64,000 nucleotides of DNA from Promethearchaeota archaeon (GCA_019058445.1 JAHPZA010000009.1:646410-710409), one strand, 5' to 3'. Counted from the first letter of the stretch, positions 30,551 to 41,432 are shown. The notes: a model not told the origin generated them from the sequence alone. Translations and numbers: made by a program.

Positions 30551-31157
30551 ATTTATTACTTCTTTCTTCAACTATATTCCAGGGGGTGTTTTTGGTCTAT
30601 TATCTGTATTTTTAGCCATTCTATTTGTTTTTTTGTCATATCTTCTTTTCCCCGGTTATAACATGCTAAATAATGATATTAGTGTATTAGGGATCGGACC
30701 AGGATTATCAGCATCACTCTTTAACAATGGATTAAAAATCACAGGAATTACTGCAATACCTTTTTTTATTTATTTTGGAAGAATTTTAAGAAAGGAACCT
30801 GATAATCAAATATATGTTAAATCAGCAGTAAGATTATCTATTGTTGGATGTATAGCATTATCATTAATAGGTTTTTTTCCGGTTATCAATCGTACAATGG
30901 GTATAATTCATGCTGGCTTAGCGTTAATTTTTTTTTTATGTTCTATAATCAATTTAGTCTATTTTAGCATGGCAATTTTAAAAGATCAAAAATTTTCAAA
31001 AAATCATGCATATTTTGGATTTATTATAGCAGGGTTGATTGCTTTTTATATTGCTGTGAGATGGTCTATTGTAGAATGGATTGTTTTTTTTGTATTAGGA
31101 TTTTGGATAATAGATATCAGTATCTATATATTTTATAAAAAATTTAGCATACAATAA
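30534..31157 (+). CDS. DUF998 (Frag1-like) membrane protein, copy 3
   Basis: FPGYN..NNDISVLG...FN.GL, H and EW. Confidence 0.75.
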   Translation: MKKLDKFITSFFNYIPGGVFGLLSVFLAILFVFLSYLLFPGYNMLNNDISVLGIGPGLSASLFNNGLKITGITAIPFFIYFGRILRKEPDNQIYVKSAVRLSIVGCIALSLIGFFPVINRTMGIIHAGLALIFFLCSIINLVYFSMAILKDQKFSKNHAYFGFIIAGLIAFYIAVRWSIVEWIVFFVLGFWIIDISIYIFYKKFSIQ

Positions 31158-31260
31158 CAGATTATGCTTATTTTTTTAAATAAAAGGAAGAAGTTATTTT
31201 ATTTATTAAAAAAAATACATTTAAAAATTAGAGAAAGTAATTTTTAATGGGTAAACTACA

Positions 31261-31944
31261 ATGAAAATTAATGATTTAAAGATTAAAAAAGGAATTAGAA
31301 TAAATGAGAAAGACGCATTATTAGTCGTTGATATACAAAACGATTTCTTACCAGGTGGGGCACTAGCTGTTGAACAAGGTGATAGTATCATTGATGGGGT
31401 AAATAAAATTGCTAAAAATTTCAGTAAAAATAATGCTGCGATTATAATGACCCAGGATTGGCATCCTAAAGGGCATTTATCTTTTGCAAGTAGTTATCCT
31501 GATAAAAATCCTGGTGATGAATATCAATCTAAAGATGGAGCCATAGGACCAGTATTATGGCCAGATCATTGCGTACAAGGTACTAAAGGTGCTGAATTTC
31601 ATAAAGATTTAAATTTATTATTTGCGAGTGCTATAATTCGTAAAGGCCGAAATCCAACTGTAGATAGTTATTCCGCCTTTTTAGAAAATGATAAGGTGGT
31701 AGAAACAGGATTATCAGGATATTTAAAATCTTTGAATATTAAACGAATATTTATTTGTGGATTAGCATTAGATTACTGCTGTTATTATAGCGCAATTGAT
31801 GCTGTGGATTTTGGCTTTGAAGAAGTATATCTTTTAGTAGATCTTACGAAGGGAATTGATTTACCTCCAGGAAACATTTCTGCTTCTTTAGAAAATATGA
31901 TAAACAAGGGTATAAAATTCGGAAATATAGATAACTTTAATTAA
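31261..31944 (+). CDS. pncA: Nicotinamidase/pyrazinamidase
   Basis: Motifs VVDIQNDF.PGGAL, QDWHP..H.SF, WPDHCVQGT.GA, DSYSAF and GLALDYC. Confidence 0.95.
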   Translation: MKINDLKIKKGIRINEKDALLVVDIQNDFLPGGALAVEQGDSIIDGVNKIAKNFSKNNAAIIMTQDWHPKGHLSFASSYPDKNPGDEYQSKDGAIGPVLWPDHCVQGTKGAEFHKDLNLLFASAIIRKGRNPTVDSYSAFLENDKVVETGLSGYLKSLNIKRIFICGLALDYCCYYSAIDAVDFGFEEVYLLVDLTKGIDLPPGNISASLENMINKGIKFGNIDNFN

Positions 31945-32132
31945 TTCTATCATTTTCAGATTTAATTAGATAAATCGATTAATATTCCTTTTACTTATAA
32001 GGCTAAATAATTTAATATTTAAATGCCTAAAAAATAATTTAAGTAATATTCTTCAATATAATAGAAATTTATTCATATAGTGAAATAATTATTAATCCTC
32101 CCATAACTGCCAAAAGAATCTATACCAGTGTA

Positions 32133-33647
32133 GTGAATAGGAAAATTAGCAAATCAGCGGCTTTGGATCTTTTAGTTTCTTTAATTGAGAATAGCGATAA
32201 TCACAAGACCAGATTTGAATGTATGGAAATAATTGATAAAATGGATTATACAACCAAAGGAATTTTTAAATATCTTGAAAATTGCTTAGTATCGGATGAA
32301 AATCCAAAAGTAAGAGCGTCAGCCGCAAAATTAATTATAAAAAATTTCTTAGAGGAGGGATATTCATCGTTAAAATGGACAATTGCTTATGATGATTCCG
32401 CTGTAGTTTTGAAGACGTTACATGATTTATTTAAAGGAGCTACTGATCGTTATATTAATGAATTAAAAAGAGATTTAAATCGAAGATTATCGTCAATTTA
32501 TGGTGTAATTTCTGATGAAGCATTATTTCTTTTAGACCTCGAATTAGGTGTCAGTTTTTTCAATACTAATTACTTAAAAATTTATACTTCCAATACCATA
32601 AATGGCGTAATTAATGGTAATTACATGATGTGTGTAATAAAAAATGGACATATTATGGCTTTAAATTTAAGCAACTGGGGATTAAATAATTTACCAGTTT
32701 CTATTGGCTCACTTTCCAGATTAAAGCATTTAATTCTAAAAAATAATAATATCAAGACATTACCAAGTTCAATTGGTCTACTTCATCATCTGAGAACACT
32801 TGACTTAAGTAAATGTAACATAAAATCTTTACCAGACTCCTTAATTAATCTTCACATGCTTAAAAGAGTATCATTGAATCGTAATCATAATATGAAAGAG
32901 ATCCCGCGTTCTATAAGTCTATTAGCAAAAAAGTATTTCAGTAGAAAATACATCTGGGAGGGAGTTTCTTCCAACGATGCATTTGTATTAGGTTTATTAG
33001 AGATTCTTACAGGATTCGAACTAAAACGACTTAAACCCGAGGATTTTACTATGTATCGTGAGTCAGCATGTCATTACAAAATAAATAAAAAAGGAAATGT
33101 CATTGGCATTTACATATTTCACCCACAATTATCGAATTTAACAATTATCCCAGATTCCTTATGTACATTAGGGCACCTAAAAGAATTAGAATTACCTAAC
33201 AATGATATCAAATATATCCCGAAATCAATTGGGGAATTAAAAATGATAAAGTATCTAAATTTGAGAAACAATATCATTGAGCAAATTCCAGAATCATTAA
33301 ATAAATTAAAATACTTGACTTGTTTAAAACTATCAGGAAATCGAATTGAATCCCCCCCTGATTGGCTAAAGTTTAAACTTGATAAGAGTGAAAATAAAGA
33401 AAATTTAAATGGATGTAAAAAATACTTTTTTGGTATCCCCTTTAGCGAAATCATGCGAAAATTCCCCGAAAATAATAACTTAAATAGCGAAAATTATTAT
33501 GAAATACTCAAAAAAGTAAAGGATATTTGTCTAGTATGTAGAGATAAAGTCCTAAGATTTAGGGGATTTACATGCGAAGGTTCTTCTATTTATTGTCAAA
33601 ATTGTGCTCGCGCATTGAACAATTTAGAACGAAATCAGAAATCTTGA
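32133..33647 (+). CDS. HEAT plus leucine-rich repeat protein with a C-terminal Cys cluster
   Basis: HEAT-like SDENPKVRASAA, two LRR blocks (LP.SIG.L..L..L.L..N) and CLVC...C...YCQNC. Confidence 0.85.
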   Translation: MNRKISKSAALDLLVSLIENSDNHKTRFECMEIIDKMDYTTKGIFKYLENCLVSDENPKVRASAAKLIIKNFLEEGYSSLKWTIAYDDSAVVLKTLHDLFKGATDRYINELKRDLNRRLSSIYGVISDEALFLLDLELGVSFFNTNYLKIYTSNTINGVINGNYMMCVIKNGHIMALNLSNWGLNNLPVSIGSLSRLKHLILKNNNIKTLPSSIGLLHHLRTLDLSKCNIKSLPDSLINLHMLKRVSLNRNHNMKEIPRSISLLAKKYFSRKYIWEGVSSNDAFVLGLLEILTGFELKRLKPEDFTMYRESACHYKINKKGNVIGIYIFHPQLSNLTIIPDSLCTLGHLKELELPNNDIKYIPKSIGELKMIKYLNLRNNIIEQIPESLNKLKYLTCLKLSGNRIESPPDWLKFKLDKSENKENLNGCKKYFFGIPFSEIMRKFPENNNLNSENYYEILKKVKDICLVCRDKVLRFRGFTCEGSSIYCQNCARALNNLERNQKS

Positions 33648-33688
33648 AAATTTTAAAATTATCCTTAATTATTATAATTCAATAAATA

Positions 33689-34210
33689 TTGATAATCTCG
33701 GGACATATGAATAACACTTTTCCTTATAAATCAATCCTAATTGTTTGTAGCGTAAATACCGCAAGATCAAGAATGGCAGAAGGGTACTTTAATAATTTCT
33801 GTACTGAAAACAATTTAGATGTCGAGATAAATTCGGGTGGAATTGCTTCTAATGCAAGGGATGGAATGCTTATCTCAATGGATGCCCATATGGCAATGAT
33901 GGAAGAAGGAATTAAACTTTCTGAAACTGCAATGTCAGTAGATCTAAAGAAAAAAGAACATCAATATCTAATTGAAAACGCAGATTTAATTTTAACTTTA
34001 ACTGATCAGCATAAAGCTGAGATAAAGAAATATATTAAATCAAACAATAAAGAAGTTTTTACGTTAAGAGAATTCGCCGGTGAATGCGGAAACATAAAAG
34101 ATCCCTCTATGAAAGGGATAGAAGGATTTAGAATAGCACGAGATAAAATAAAAGATTGTTTAATAAAAGGTTTAGATAATTTGGGCTTTAAATTTATTCA
34201 AGAACGTTAA
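33689..34210 (+). CDS. Low-molecular-weight protein phosphatase / ArsC-like protein
   Basis: P-loop VCSVNTARSRMAE, ADLILTL and IKDP. Confidence 0.85.
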   Translation: MIISGHMNNTFPYKSILIVCSVNTARSRMAEGYFNNFCTENNLDVEINSGGIASNARDGMLISMDAHMAMMEEGIKLSETAMSVDLKKKEHQYLIENADLILTLTDQHKAEIKKYIKSNNKEVFTLREFAGECGNIKDPSMKGIEGFRIARDKIKDCLIKGLDNLGFKFIQER

Positions 34211-34227
34211 AAAAATAGAAAAAAAAA

Positions 34228-35715
34228 TTAATCTTCTCCCTCTTTAAATCCCATTTGTTTATGTACTGATTTTATTTTTTTCTTTCTTTCTTTCTTTTTT
34301 CTCTGTTTTAAGCGTTTCTTCTTTTCCTCTTCAAGAAAATCCTCCATTTGTTCAAGTTTGGTCTTTTTTCTTATGGCAATCGATTGAGAGAAATGCCTTA
34401 TCATTGATTCTGTTCTTCTTATCTCTCTCTTCACCGTTTGACCTGTTTTACGGCCAACTCGACTGAATTGAACCATTATCCATTCAGGAGAGCCAATTCC
34501 CTTAGCATAAGTATTCCAAATATACATAAAAAACCCCATAAATCCCGCAAATGCGAAAATAGCAATTAAAAATATAATAATATTAAGCTGCCTTAAGAAC
34601 AAGACTGCGAATATCAAATGAATTAAAAATAAACTCAAAGAAATTTTTCCGTAGTAGATCAACATTCTAATAAACTTGTTGTCTCGGTTATCAAGGTCAA
34701 TGAAATAGAAGCTAATTGCTATTATTAAGAGCCCTGCGCCAAGATTATAGAACATATTCGCCGATGTGCTTCTTATGAGAAATTCAGGAATCCCTTTAAA
34801 GTGGTACTGATCTTGCTGGTTCATGACCTCCAATAGATGTAAATGAACATACTCATCTACTTCCATATTGTCAAAATTCCGTAATCGAAGCCCTATAGAA
34901 ACGCCAATTATCACTAAAATTATACCCCAAATTAAAAAAATTCGAAATAGTACCACATAATCCTGGTGGGTTCCTTTTATCATCGCTTCATAAAGGTATT
35001 CTCCAAATATAGTGGATATGAAACATATTGAAATCCATGGTAATACAGGTAATTGTGGGGCTGGAGACGTTATAAGAAAATGCAATGTCCATATAAATAC
35101 ACTAGAGTCTTTTCCAAGGAATAGATATTCTCTTATCGTCGGGGAAACTAATATAATCCCGACCCCTATTAGCGCTCGATAACTTTTTTTCAATTTCAAA
35201 GCATAATAAGAGGCTATTTGAGAAAATCCTAAAAACATTAATATATTCCACCCCCATAATACCAAGGGAAAAGGGGGTCTATAGACAGCTTGGTTTAACC
35301 CTGCTAAATTCATTAACACTCCTATGAACATTATAGTAAACCCCCTTGAAAATACTCTGTTTCTTATTACCTTTCTTGGTAAAATCCCCTCCTTATTTTT
35401 AATACTAAAAATAACGCTGAGTGCCGAAAGGTATACGAAAAGAGAAGGTCCTAAAATGTCCAATGCACAGAAAAGTACAGCATATACGTATAGCCAATCA
35501 TTATCCAACCAAGCTTCTGCTATGTGTGCCATCATGATCATGATAATAGCCAGTCCTTTTACAAAGTCAATACTCCGGATTCTCTTAGGGCTTGCATAGT
35601 CGAGCAATTCGTCCATAGGGATTGATTGGCGAAGATAATCGAAAAGTGGGGGAGATTCCATCTCAATTTCTGCTTCTGATGTCATACTTCTACACAACGT
35701 ATAAAATTTTAACAA
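34228..35715 (-). CDS. HGSNAT/DUF1624-like membrane acyltransferase with a basic C-terminal tail
   Basis: RIRSIDFVKGLAIIMIMMAH, GKISLSLFLIH and multiple TMs. Confidence 0.75.
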   Translation of the reverse strand: MLKFYTLCRSMTSEAEIEMESPPLFDYLRQSIPMDELLDYASPKRIRSIDFVKGLAIIMIMMAHIAEAWLDNDWLYVYAVLFCALDILGPSLFVYLSALSVIFSIKNKEGILPRKVIRNRVFSRGFTIMFIGVLMNLAGLNQAVYRPPFPLVLWGWNILMFLGFSQIASYYALKLKKSYRALIGVGIILVSPTIREYLFLGKDSSVFIWTLHFLITSPAPQLPVLPWISICFISTIFGEYLYEAMIKGTHQDYVVLFRIFLIWGIILVIIGVSIGLRLRNFDNMEVDEYVHLHLLEVMNQQDQYHFKGIPEFLIRSTSANMFYNLGAGLLIIAISFYFIDLDNRDNKFIRMLIYYGKISLSLFLIHLIFAVLFLRQLNIIIFLIAIFAFAGFMGFFMYIWNTYAKGIGSPEWIMVQFSRVGRKTGQTVKREIRRTESMIRHFSQSIAIRKKTKLEQMEDFLEEEKKKRLKQRKKKERKKKIKSVHKQMGFKEGED

Positions 35716-35878
35716 TTAATTAAATTGGACTTAAATTCTTTAATAATTAAAGGTTAGATATTGTAATTCCTATTAATTTTTTTATTACTAATAATTAAAA
35801 CAAACTTATATAAAAAAGTAGAAGATCAATCAAATTGTCTTAATTTAAATTTAATTATCAACTATTATCAACTATCTT

Positions 35879-36736
35879 ATGATTGAGTTTGTTATCATTG
35901 CTATTTTACAGGGATTGCTTGAATGGCTCCCTATCTCTTCTTCTGGAACAGTAATGATTGTTGCAATCAATTTTTTTGGCATATCTCCTAAAGAGGCTTT
36001 TAGTCTTGCAATATGGTTACATTTAGGTACGGCCTTAGCTGTTATCGTCAAATTTAGAACAGATTTCGTTGAAATCTCAAAAGCATGTTTTCCACAGGTA
36101 TTCGGGGAACCGGAAGAACTTGTAAGGAAGAAAAGAAATTGGCTAATAATAGCAACTATAGGCACTGGTATTACCGCTTTACCACTTTATTTTTTGTTTA
36201 AAGTAATATTAATCGGAACTTTCACTGCCTTTCAAGGAGATATAATAACATTGATCATCTCCGGCTTACTAGTAATGACTGGAGTAGTTTTACTGAAATT
36301 TAAAAAAGTATATGGAGAGAGGGAATTAAATGATACGAATAATAAGCAAATAAAGAAAGAAAGCATGGTTTCGGGATTGGCCCAAGGAGTTTCAATCCTC
36401 CCCGGGATATCAAGATCGGGTATGACAATTTCTACAATATTATTAAAAAATTATGACCAAGACACGGCATTGAGAATGAGCTTTTTAATGTCTGTTCCAG
36501 CAGTTTTTGCATCAATTATAGTTGATTTTATATTTGGAGAGGGCTCAGTTTTTGGAATCTTAGATCCCCTCACAATTCTTATAATAACTTTTGTTAGTTT
36601 TGTAGTAGGGTATGTATCTATGGAAGTATTACTTAAATTAGCTCTGAAAATTAATTTTGGGTATTTCTGTATTATTTATGGAATAATTGCTTTTATTATA
36701 ATAATTCCTTTTTTGCTTATTTCAAACGTATTTTGA
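35879..36736 (+). CDS. uppP: Undecaprenyl/polyprenyl-diphosphate phosphatase
   Basis: Motifs QGLLEWLPISSSG, HLGT, PGISRSG and SFLMSVP. Confidence 0.92.
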   Translation: MIEFVIIAILQGLLEWLPISSSGTVMIVAINFFGISPKEAFSLAIWLHLGTALAVIVKFRTDFVEISKACFPQVFGEPEELVRKKRNWLIIATIGTGITALPLYFLFKVILIGTFTAFQGDIITLIISGLLVMTGVVLLKFKKVYGERELNDTNNKQIKKESMVSGLAQGVSILPGISRSGMTISTILLKNYDQDTALRMSFLMSVPAVFASIIVDFIFGEGSVFGILDPLTILIITFVSFVVGYVSMEVLLKLALKINFGYFCIIYGIIAFIIIIPFLLISNVF

Positions 36737-36739
36737 ATT

Positions 36740-37627
36740 TTAAAATAAAGTCAGAATAAAATCAGCCAAAATGTTCTCAATATTCTTTATTCCCCTTAAC
36801 CCGGGAAAATCATTTAAATCAACTAAATAAAGCTTGTTGTCTTTAACACTTTTAATTAAATCAAATCCAAAAATTTTAAGCTTTAATTCTCTTGAAAGAA
36901 TTTTTGCTAAAATTTTCATCTCTTTGGGAACCATAAACTCATCCCTAGAAATTGTATCGACATCTATTGCGTCTGGACTATCTCTCATGTAAATATAAAT
37001 TGGATTTTCTCTCTTAATTCCAAAGATTTTGTCTCCTACAACGTATACTTTACGGTCAATACCATCGCATTCAATGAATTTTTGGACATATACATCGTAA
37101 TATAAAAAGTTTGAATACATTTTGCAGAATTTATCCACTTCATCAATTTCTCTGACTAAAAAATTAAATCTCATATATTTATCGTGCTGAAAATGGCTTT
37201 TAATCACAATTGGTAATTTTTTTACTGCCCATTCTTTAAATCTATCAACATCTGATAAGTTTTGAGTCCATGACTTAGGCAATGAAATATTCGCTAAAAT
37301 CTCTGAATTATCCTGAAGAATCTTTCGAAAAGCGTGATCTAAGGCAACCTTGTTACGCGTTAATAGGACAGTATCAACATCATGCAAAGTGGGGATATCA
37401 TGAAGTTTTGCGTAATGTAATAAATCTATTGAACATTCACTTCTTACTTTTACAATGAGCATATCAACCTTATTGAGTAGGTTTGATGTATTTTCTAAAT
37501 CAAGAAAATCTTTAGTTGGATCATGTAAGATTAAGTTAGCATCTTTAGTTTTCTTTTTTAGAATAGGTATAACTGTTTTTATTACATCATGCTCTAATTT
37601 CGCAGAAAAAACTACTTTTTTAACCAT
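36740..37627 (-). CDS. ATP-grasp inositol phosphate kinase-like protein (ITPK1 family) A
   Basis: VQKFI...DRKVYVVG and IFGFDLI...YLVDLNDFPG match the ITPK1 pattern FGxD...DINxFPG rather than the RimK EVN motif. Confidence 0.75.
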   Translation of the reverse strand: MVKKVVFSAKLEHDVIKTVIPILKKKTKDANLILHDPTKDFLDLENTSNLLNKVDMLIVKVRSECSIDLLHYAKLHDIPTLHDVDTVLLTRNKVALDHAFRKILQDNSEILANISLPKSWTQNLSDVDRFKEWAVKKLPIVIKSHFQHDKYMRFNFLVREIDEVDKFCKMYSNFLYYDVYVQKFIECDGIDRKVYVVGDKIFGIKRENPIYIYMRDSPDAIDVDTISRDEFMVPKEMKILAKILSRELKLKIFGFDLIKSVKDNKLYLVDLNDFPGLRGIKNIENILADFILTLF

Positions 37628-37717
37628 AATAATTCATAAAAATATGCTTATATAGAATAAACACGCAATGTAATATTAACATTTGATTTACTAATACTGA
37701 AAAAGTGATATATAATA

Positions 37718-39013
37718 TTGGAAGATATTGATAAAAAAGAAGTGCTTGATAAGTTACCGAAAAAAGTAAAGAGAACAGCTATAATTGTGGGTTTAATTTT
37801 TGCCGGATCACAAATATTCGGTTATTTTGAGGCTAGTTTCTTTAACACCTATTTAGACCACGTTTTAAATTTGCCGTATTATTACATTTCCATAATGGTC
37901 TCCTTATCTGCAGCGATGGGTCTTGTCATGATGATTGTATGGGGTATAAAAAGTGATAACACACGTTCTAAATTCGGGCGTCGTAAACCGTATTTATTTT
38001 TTGGTTTTATCATGGGCGTTGCAATGATTGCATTCGCTTTTGCCGAGAATTTTTTAATGTGTATTATTTTAGATGTGATAGTTATAGGAATTGCGTCTAA
38101 TGCGTTCTATGTAGCTCAGCGTTCATTTATTCCAGATTTAATCGAACCTGAACATCGGGGTAGGGCAAATGGAATCGCAGGTGTTTTTGGAAATATTGGT
38201 TTGTTGACAGCAATTGCATTGACAATTATCGCTAATGAGTTATTTACGGTAAAAAGAGGTACGGGAAATATCATTACACGGGAGGGACATTTGTTTTTAT
38301 TTATTATAGGGGGAGGGGGTGTTATGCTTAGTGCCATAATAGGTCTTCTATTTATATCAGAGCCTTCCCCGTCTGAATTACCCCCCAAAAAAGCCTTTAT
38401 GCTTGAATTAAAAAAAATGTTTGATTTAGAAGAATTTAGAAGAAATAAGCAATTCTATCGGATTGTTTTTGCCCAAACTATCTTTAGAGCCCATATTTAT
38501 GTGGTATTACCCTTTTTATTCAATTACCTATTCTCTTTAGCACTTACTACACTGGAATTCCTATTAGTTGTCATAATTTCTTTTCCGGTAATACTTGGAG
38601 TGATGATGATGCTCGGGAAAATTGCGGATAAGTATGGAAGAAAAACTTCAATAGTACCTGGTATTCTAATTGCCTGTGTGGGTTTTTTCATGATGCCAAT
38701 TGCAACATTAACGGGTTATAGATTAATAATATTACTCATCGCAATGCCATTGGTGTTAATGGGCTTATTAGGGCTGGATGTACCTCTGAATGCATGGTCG
38801 CAAGATCTTTTTCCAGAAGATAAACGGGGTAAATTCATAGGAATTTTAAATGTGGTTAGTACCATCTCTCAAATAATTGGGGCAACTGTGGGGGGAATAG
38901 TAGCCACGCTTTATGGCCTTCCATGGGTTTTTGCTTTTGCTCCTATATTTCTAATAGCTTCAATTTTTCTCTTCAAAAGAGTAGAAGAAACTTTGAAATC
39001 TAACGATATATAA
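37718..39013 (+). CDS. MFS sugar transporter (sucrose/maltose/SLC45-like), copy 1
   Basis: SDNTRSKFGRRKPY, RGRANG and ADKYGRK; about 12 TMs. Confidence 0.88.
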   Translation: MEDIDKKEVLDKLPKKVKRTAIIVGLIFAGSQIFGYFEASFFNTYLDHVLNLPYYYISIMVSLSAAMGLVMMIVWGIKSDNTRSKFGRRKPYLFFGFIMGVAMIAFAFAENFLMCIILDVIVIGIASNAFYVAQRSFIPDLIEPEHRGRANGIAGVFGNIGLLTAIALTIIANELFTVKRGTGNIITREGHLFLFIIGGGGVMLSAIIGLLFISEPSPSELPPKKAFMLELKKMFDLEEFRRNKQFYRIVFAQTIFRAHIYVVLPFLFNYLFSLALTTLEFLLVVIISFPVILGVMMMLGKIADKYGRKTSIVPGILIACVGFFMMPIATLTGYRLIILLIAMPLVLMGLLGLDVPLNAWSQDLFPEDKRGKFIGILNVVSTISQIIGATVGGIVATLYGLPWVFAFAPIFLIASIFLFKRVEETLKSNDI

Positions 39014-39144
39014 CTAATTTTCTTTTTTTTTTATTTTTTATTCTTTAACCAATTTAAAATCAATAGCTTTATTTGTTTTCTGAATTATTTTCAATTAATT
39101 AACACTTTAACCTTTCAAAATAAGTTTAGAAGAGTGAATATATA

Positions 39145-40437
39145 ATGGAAAAAACTAAGGATCAAAAAGTCTTTACCAAGGAATTAAAGATTCAAACATT
39201 CATAATTGGGATTGTGTTTGCTGCTGATATGATTTTCGGTTTTGCAGAACAAAATTTCCTTAATACCTATCTTGTTCACGTTTTGGGTTTAACAGAACTA
39301 CATGTTGCAATTATGGTTTCATTATCGGCAATTATGGGACTTATTTTTCTTCTTGTATGGGGGATCATCTCCGATAATACGCGTTCGAAACATGGAAGAA
39401 GAAAACCATATTTGCTTATTGGAGGAATTATTTCTGGAGTGGCAATGATTATTTATGCATTTTCCCCTAATTTTTACTGGGCATTATTTCTAGATGTTGT
39501 GATAATCGGTATATTTTCTAATGCATATTTCGCGGGTGAAAGAGCACTAGTCCCTGATACTATTGAACCAGAATTGCGCGGAAGAGCAAATGGAATTATT
39601 CAATCATTTGCTAATTTGGGAATTTTAGTAGCCGTTGCAATTTTTTTAATATCTTATGAACTGTTTGCAATTGATAATCCAAAAGGTTCTGGAACAATTT
39701 TAACTCAAGAGGGTCATTTATTTGTTCTTGGAATAGGAGGTATCGGTTTCGCGTTATGTGGAATAATTGGATTTGTTTTTATTAAAGAAAAATCGGTTAC
39801 GGAATTGCCCCCCAAAAAAAAATTCTTTGTTGAGCTTAAAGAAATCATAGATATTGAAGAATTTAAGGAACAAAAAGAATTCTATAAAATTACTTTAGCA
39901 TATTTAATATTTCAAACAGGGATTGGGTGTATCTTACCTTTTCTATTCATATATCTATTTGCTTTAGGCCTCACAACCTTAGAACTTTTAATGGCAATCG
40001 GTATGGGTTTTCCGATATTAATAATCGTCACAATATTCTTAGGTAAACTAGCAGATAAACATGGTCGAAAGAAATATATTCCTGCTATAATTGTTATCAT
40101 CAGTGTTGGCGTATTTTCAACAATTTTCGTGAGAAACGATGCAGGGGTAAATTTAATCCTGTTTTTTATTCTTCTTCCATTTATTTTAGTGGCTATTTTA
40201 GGAGTTCGAGCAATCCTTGATACTTGGTCTCAAGACTTGTTGCCTCCAGATAAAAGAGGTAAGTTTTTCGGGATCTTAAATATAGTCTTTACACTTTCAC
40301 AAATAGTAGGCGCTTTAGCAGCAGGATTTATAGCTACTCTTTATGGATTAGATTGGATCTTTGTTTTAGGAACAGTATTTTTCTTGGTTTCGATTATATT
40401 TTTTCTGAGAGTTGAAGAAACTTTAGTAGTTGATTAA
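39145..40437 (+). CDS. MFS sugar transporter, copy 2
   Basis: SDNTRSKHGRRKPY and ADKHGRK; paralogue of the upstream gene. Confidence 0.88.
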   Translation: MEKTKDQKVFTKELKIQTFIIGIVFAADMIFGFAEQNFLNTYLVHVLGLTELHVAIMVSLSAIMGLIFLLVWGIISDNTRSKHGRRKPYLLIGGIISGVAMIIYAFSPNFYWALFLDVVIIGIFSNAYFAGERALVPDTIEPELRGRANGIIQSFANLGILVAVAIFLISYELFAIDNPKGSGTILTQEGHLFVLGIGGIGFALCGIIGFVFIKEKSVTELPPKKKFFVELKEIIDIEEFKEQKEFYKITLAYLIFQTGIGCILPFLFIYLFALGLTTLELLMAIGMGFPILIIVTIFLGKLADKHGRKKYIPAIIVIISVGVFSTIFVRNDAGVNLILFFILLPFILVAILGVRAILDTWSQDLLPPDKRGKFFGILNIVFTLSQIVGALAAGFIATLYGLDWIFVLGTVFFLVSIIFFLRVEETLVVD

Positions 40438-40454
40438 TTCAACTTATTTTTTTT

Positions 40455-41432
40455 TTATTTTACTTTTAATATATGTTCTGATAATACTAGGTTTTCCACG
40501 GTAAATTTTATATGGTCCTTTATATCTTGTTCTAATATTCGTTCTAGATCAGGGGAAACAACTATAAATTCTTTTTCTGATAAAGATATCTCATCTTTAT
40601 AAAGCATATAAAAAGCCTGTTTTAAACCTCTTGGTTCTCGACCCATAGGTCCTTTAGTATCATAAAGACCATTCTTTTGCTTATGCAGTTCTTCTTGCAA
40701 TTTATCTAGTTGCGAATCTTCCCCTTTTAACGCCTTTTGAAACAATTCTTTGCAAATATTAGAAATATTACTAATACTTGGCACCAAACCAGAATATTTT
40801 CTGAGCTTCATAGGAACAACCTTAAGAAACGCGGAATAATTGTTTTCATCGCCGCAAAAAACAGCAAAATCTTCGCTGATAAAATCGATGAGCTCTTTAG
40901 TATTATTAAGATCATCAGTGGTATCCTTAATGCCTTTTAAATTATCGCATTTTAATAAGCTTTTTACAATTTCTCCGTTAATATTGTTTTTGGCAAATCG
41001 ATACGGGTTATTATAGAGAAAAATCTGATTTTTTAAATTGAGTGATTCTAAAATATTTTCGAAATAGATTATCAATTCATTATTAACTAGCCTTTGTGAA
41101 ATAGGTGGAGTAATTACAAAGTTTAAAGCTTTATACTCTTTACCTAATAATTCAATTTGATTGATTGTCTCCTCAGTATTATTTCCAAATGCTCCCAAAA
41201 GAATAGGGACCTTGTTATCTGAGATTTTAAAGGCCAATTCTACAGATTTACGCTTCTCATCAATCTTATCAATAAATTCTATACCCTCACCTGTATTACC
41301 AAATAAAAAGAGACTGTCAGCACCATTTAGTAATATATGCCTAAATAATAGTGAATTTAATTCATCATTCACTTCAAATTTCTCGTTAAAGAAAGTAATA
41401 CTAGGGACTATTATACCATTTAGATGTTGCAT
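40455..41432 (-). CDS. DHDPS/NanA/KDG-aldolase family class I aldolase
   Basis: GIIVPSITFF, GNTGEG, LYNNP (Tyr) and GIKDT (Schiff-base Lys). Confidence 0.85.
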   Translation of the reverse strand: MQHLNGIIVPSITFFNEKFEVNDELNSLLFRHILLNGADSLFLFGNTGEGIEFIDKIDEKRKSVELAFKISDNKVPILLGAFGNNTEETINQIELLGKEYKALNFVITPPISQRLVNNELIIYFENILESLNLKNQIFLYNNPYRFAKNNINGEIVKSLLKCDNLKGIKDTTDDLNNTKELIDFISEDFAVFCGDENNYSAFLKVVPMKLRKYSGLVPSISNISNICKELFQKALKGEDSQLDKLQEELHKQKNGLYDTKGPMGREPRGLKQAFYMLYKDEISLSEKEFIVVSPDLERILEQDIKDHIKFTVENLVLSEHILKVK

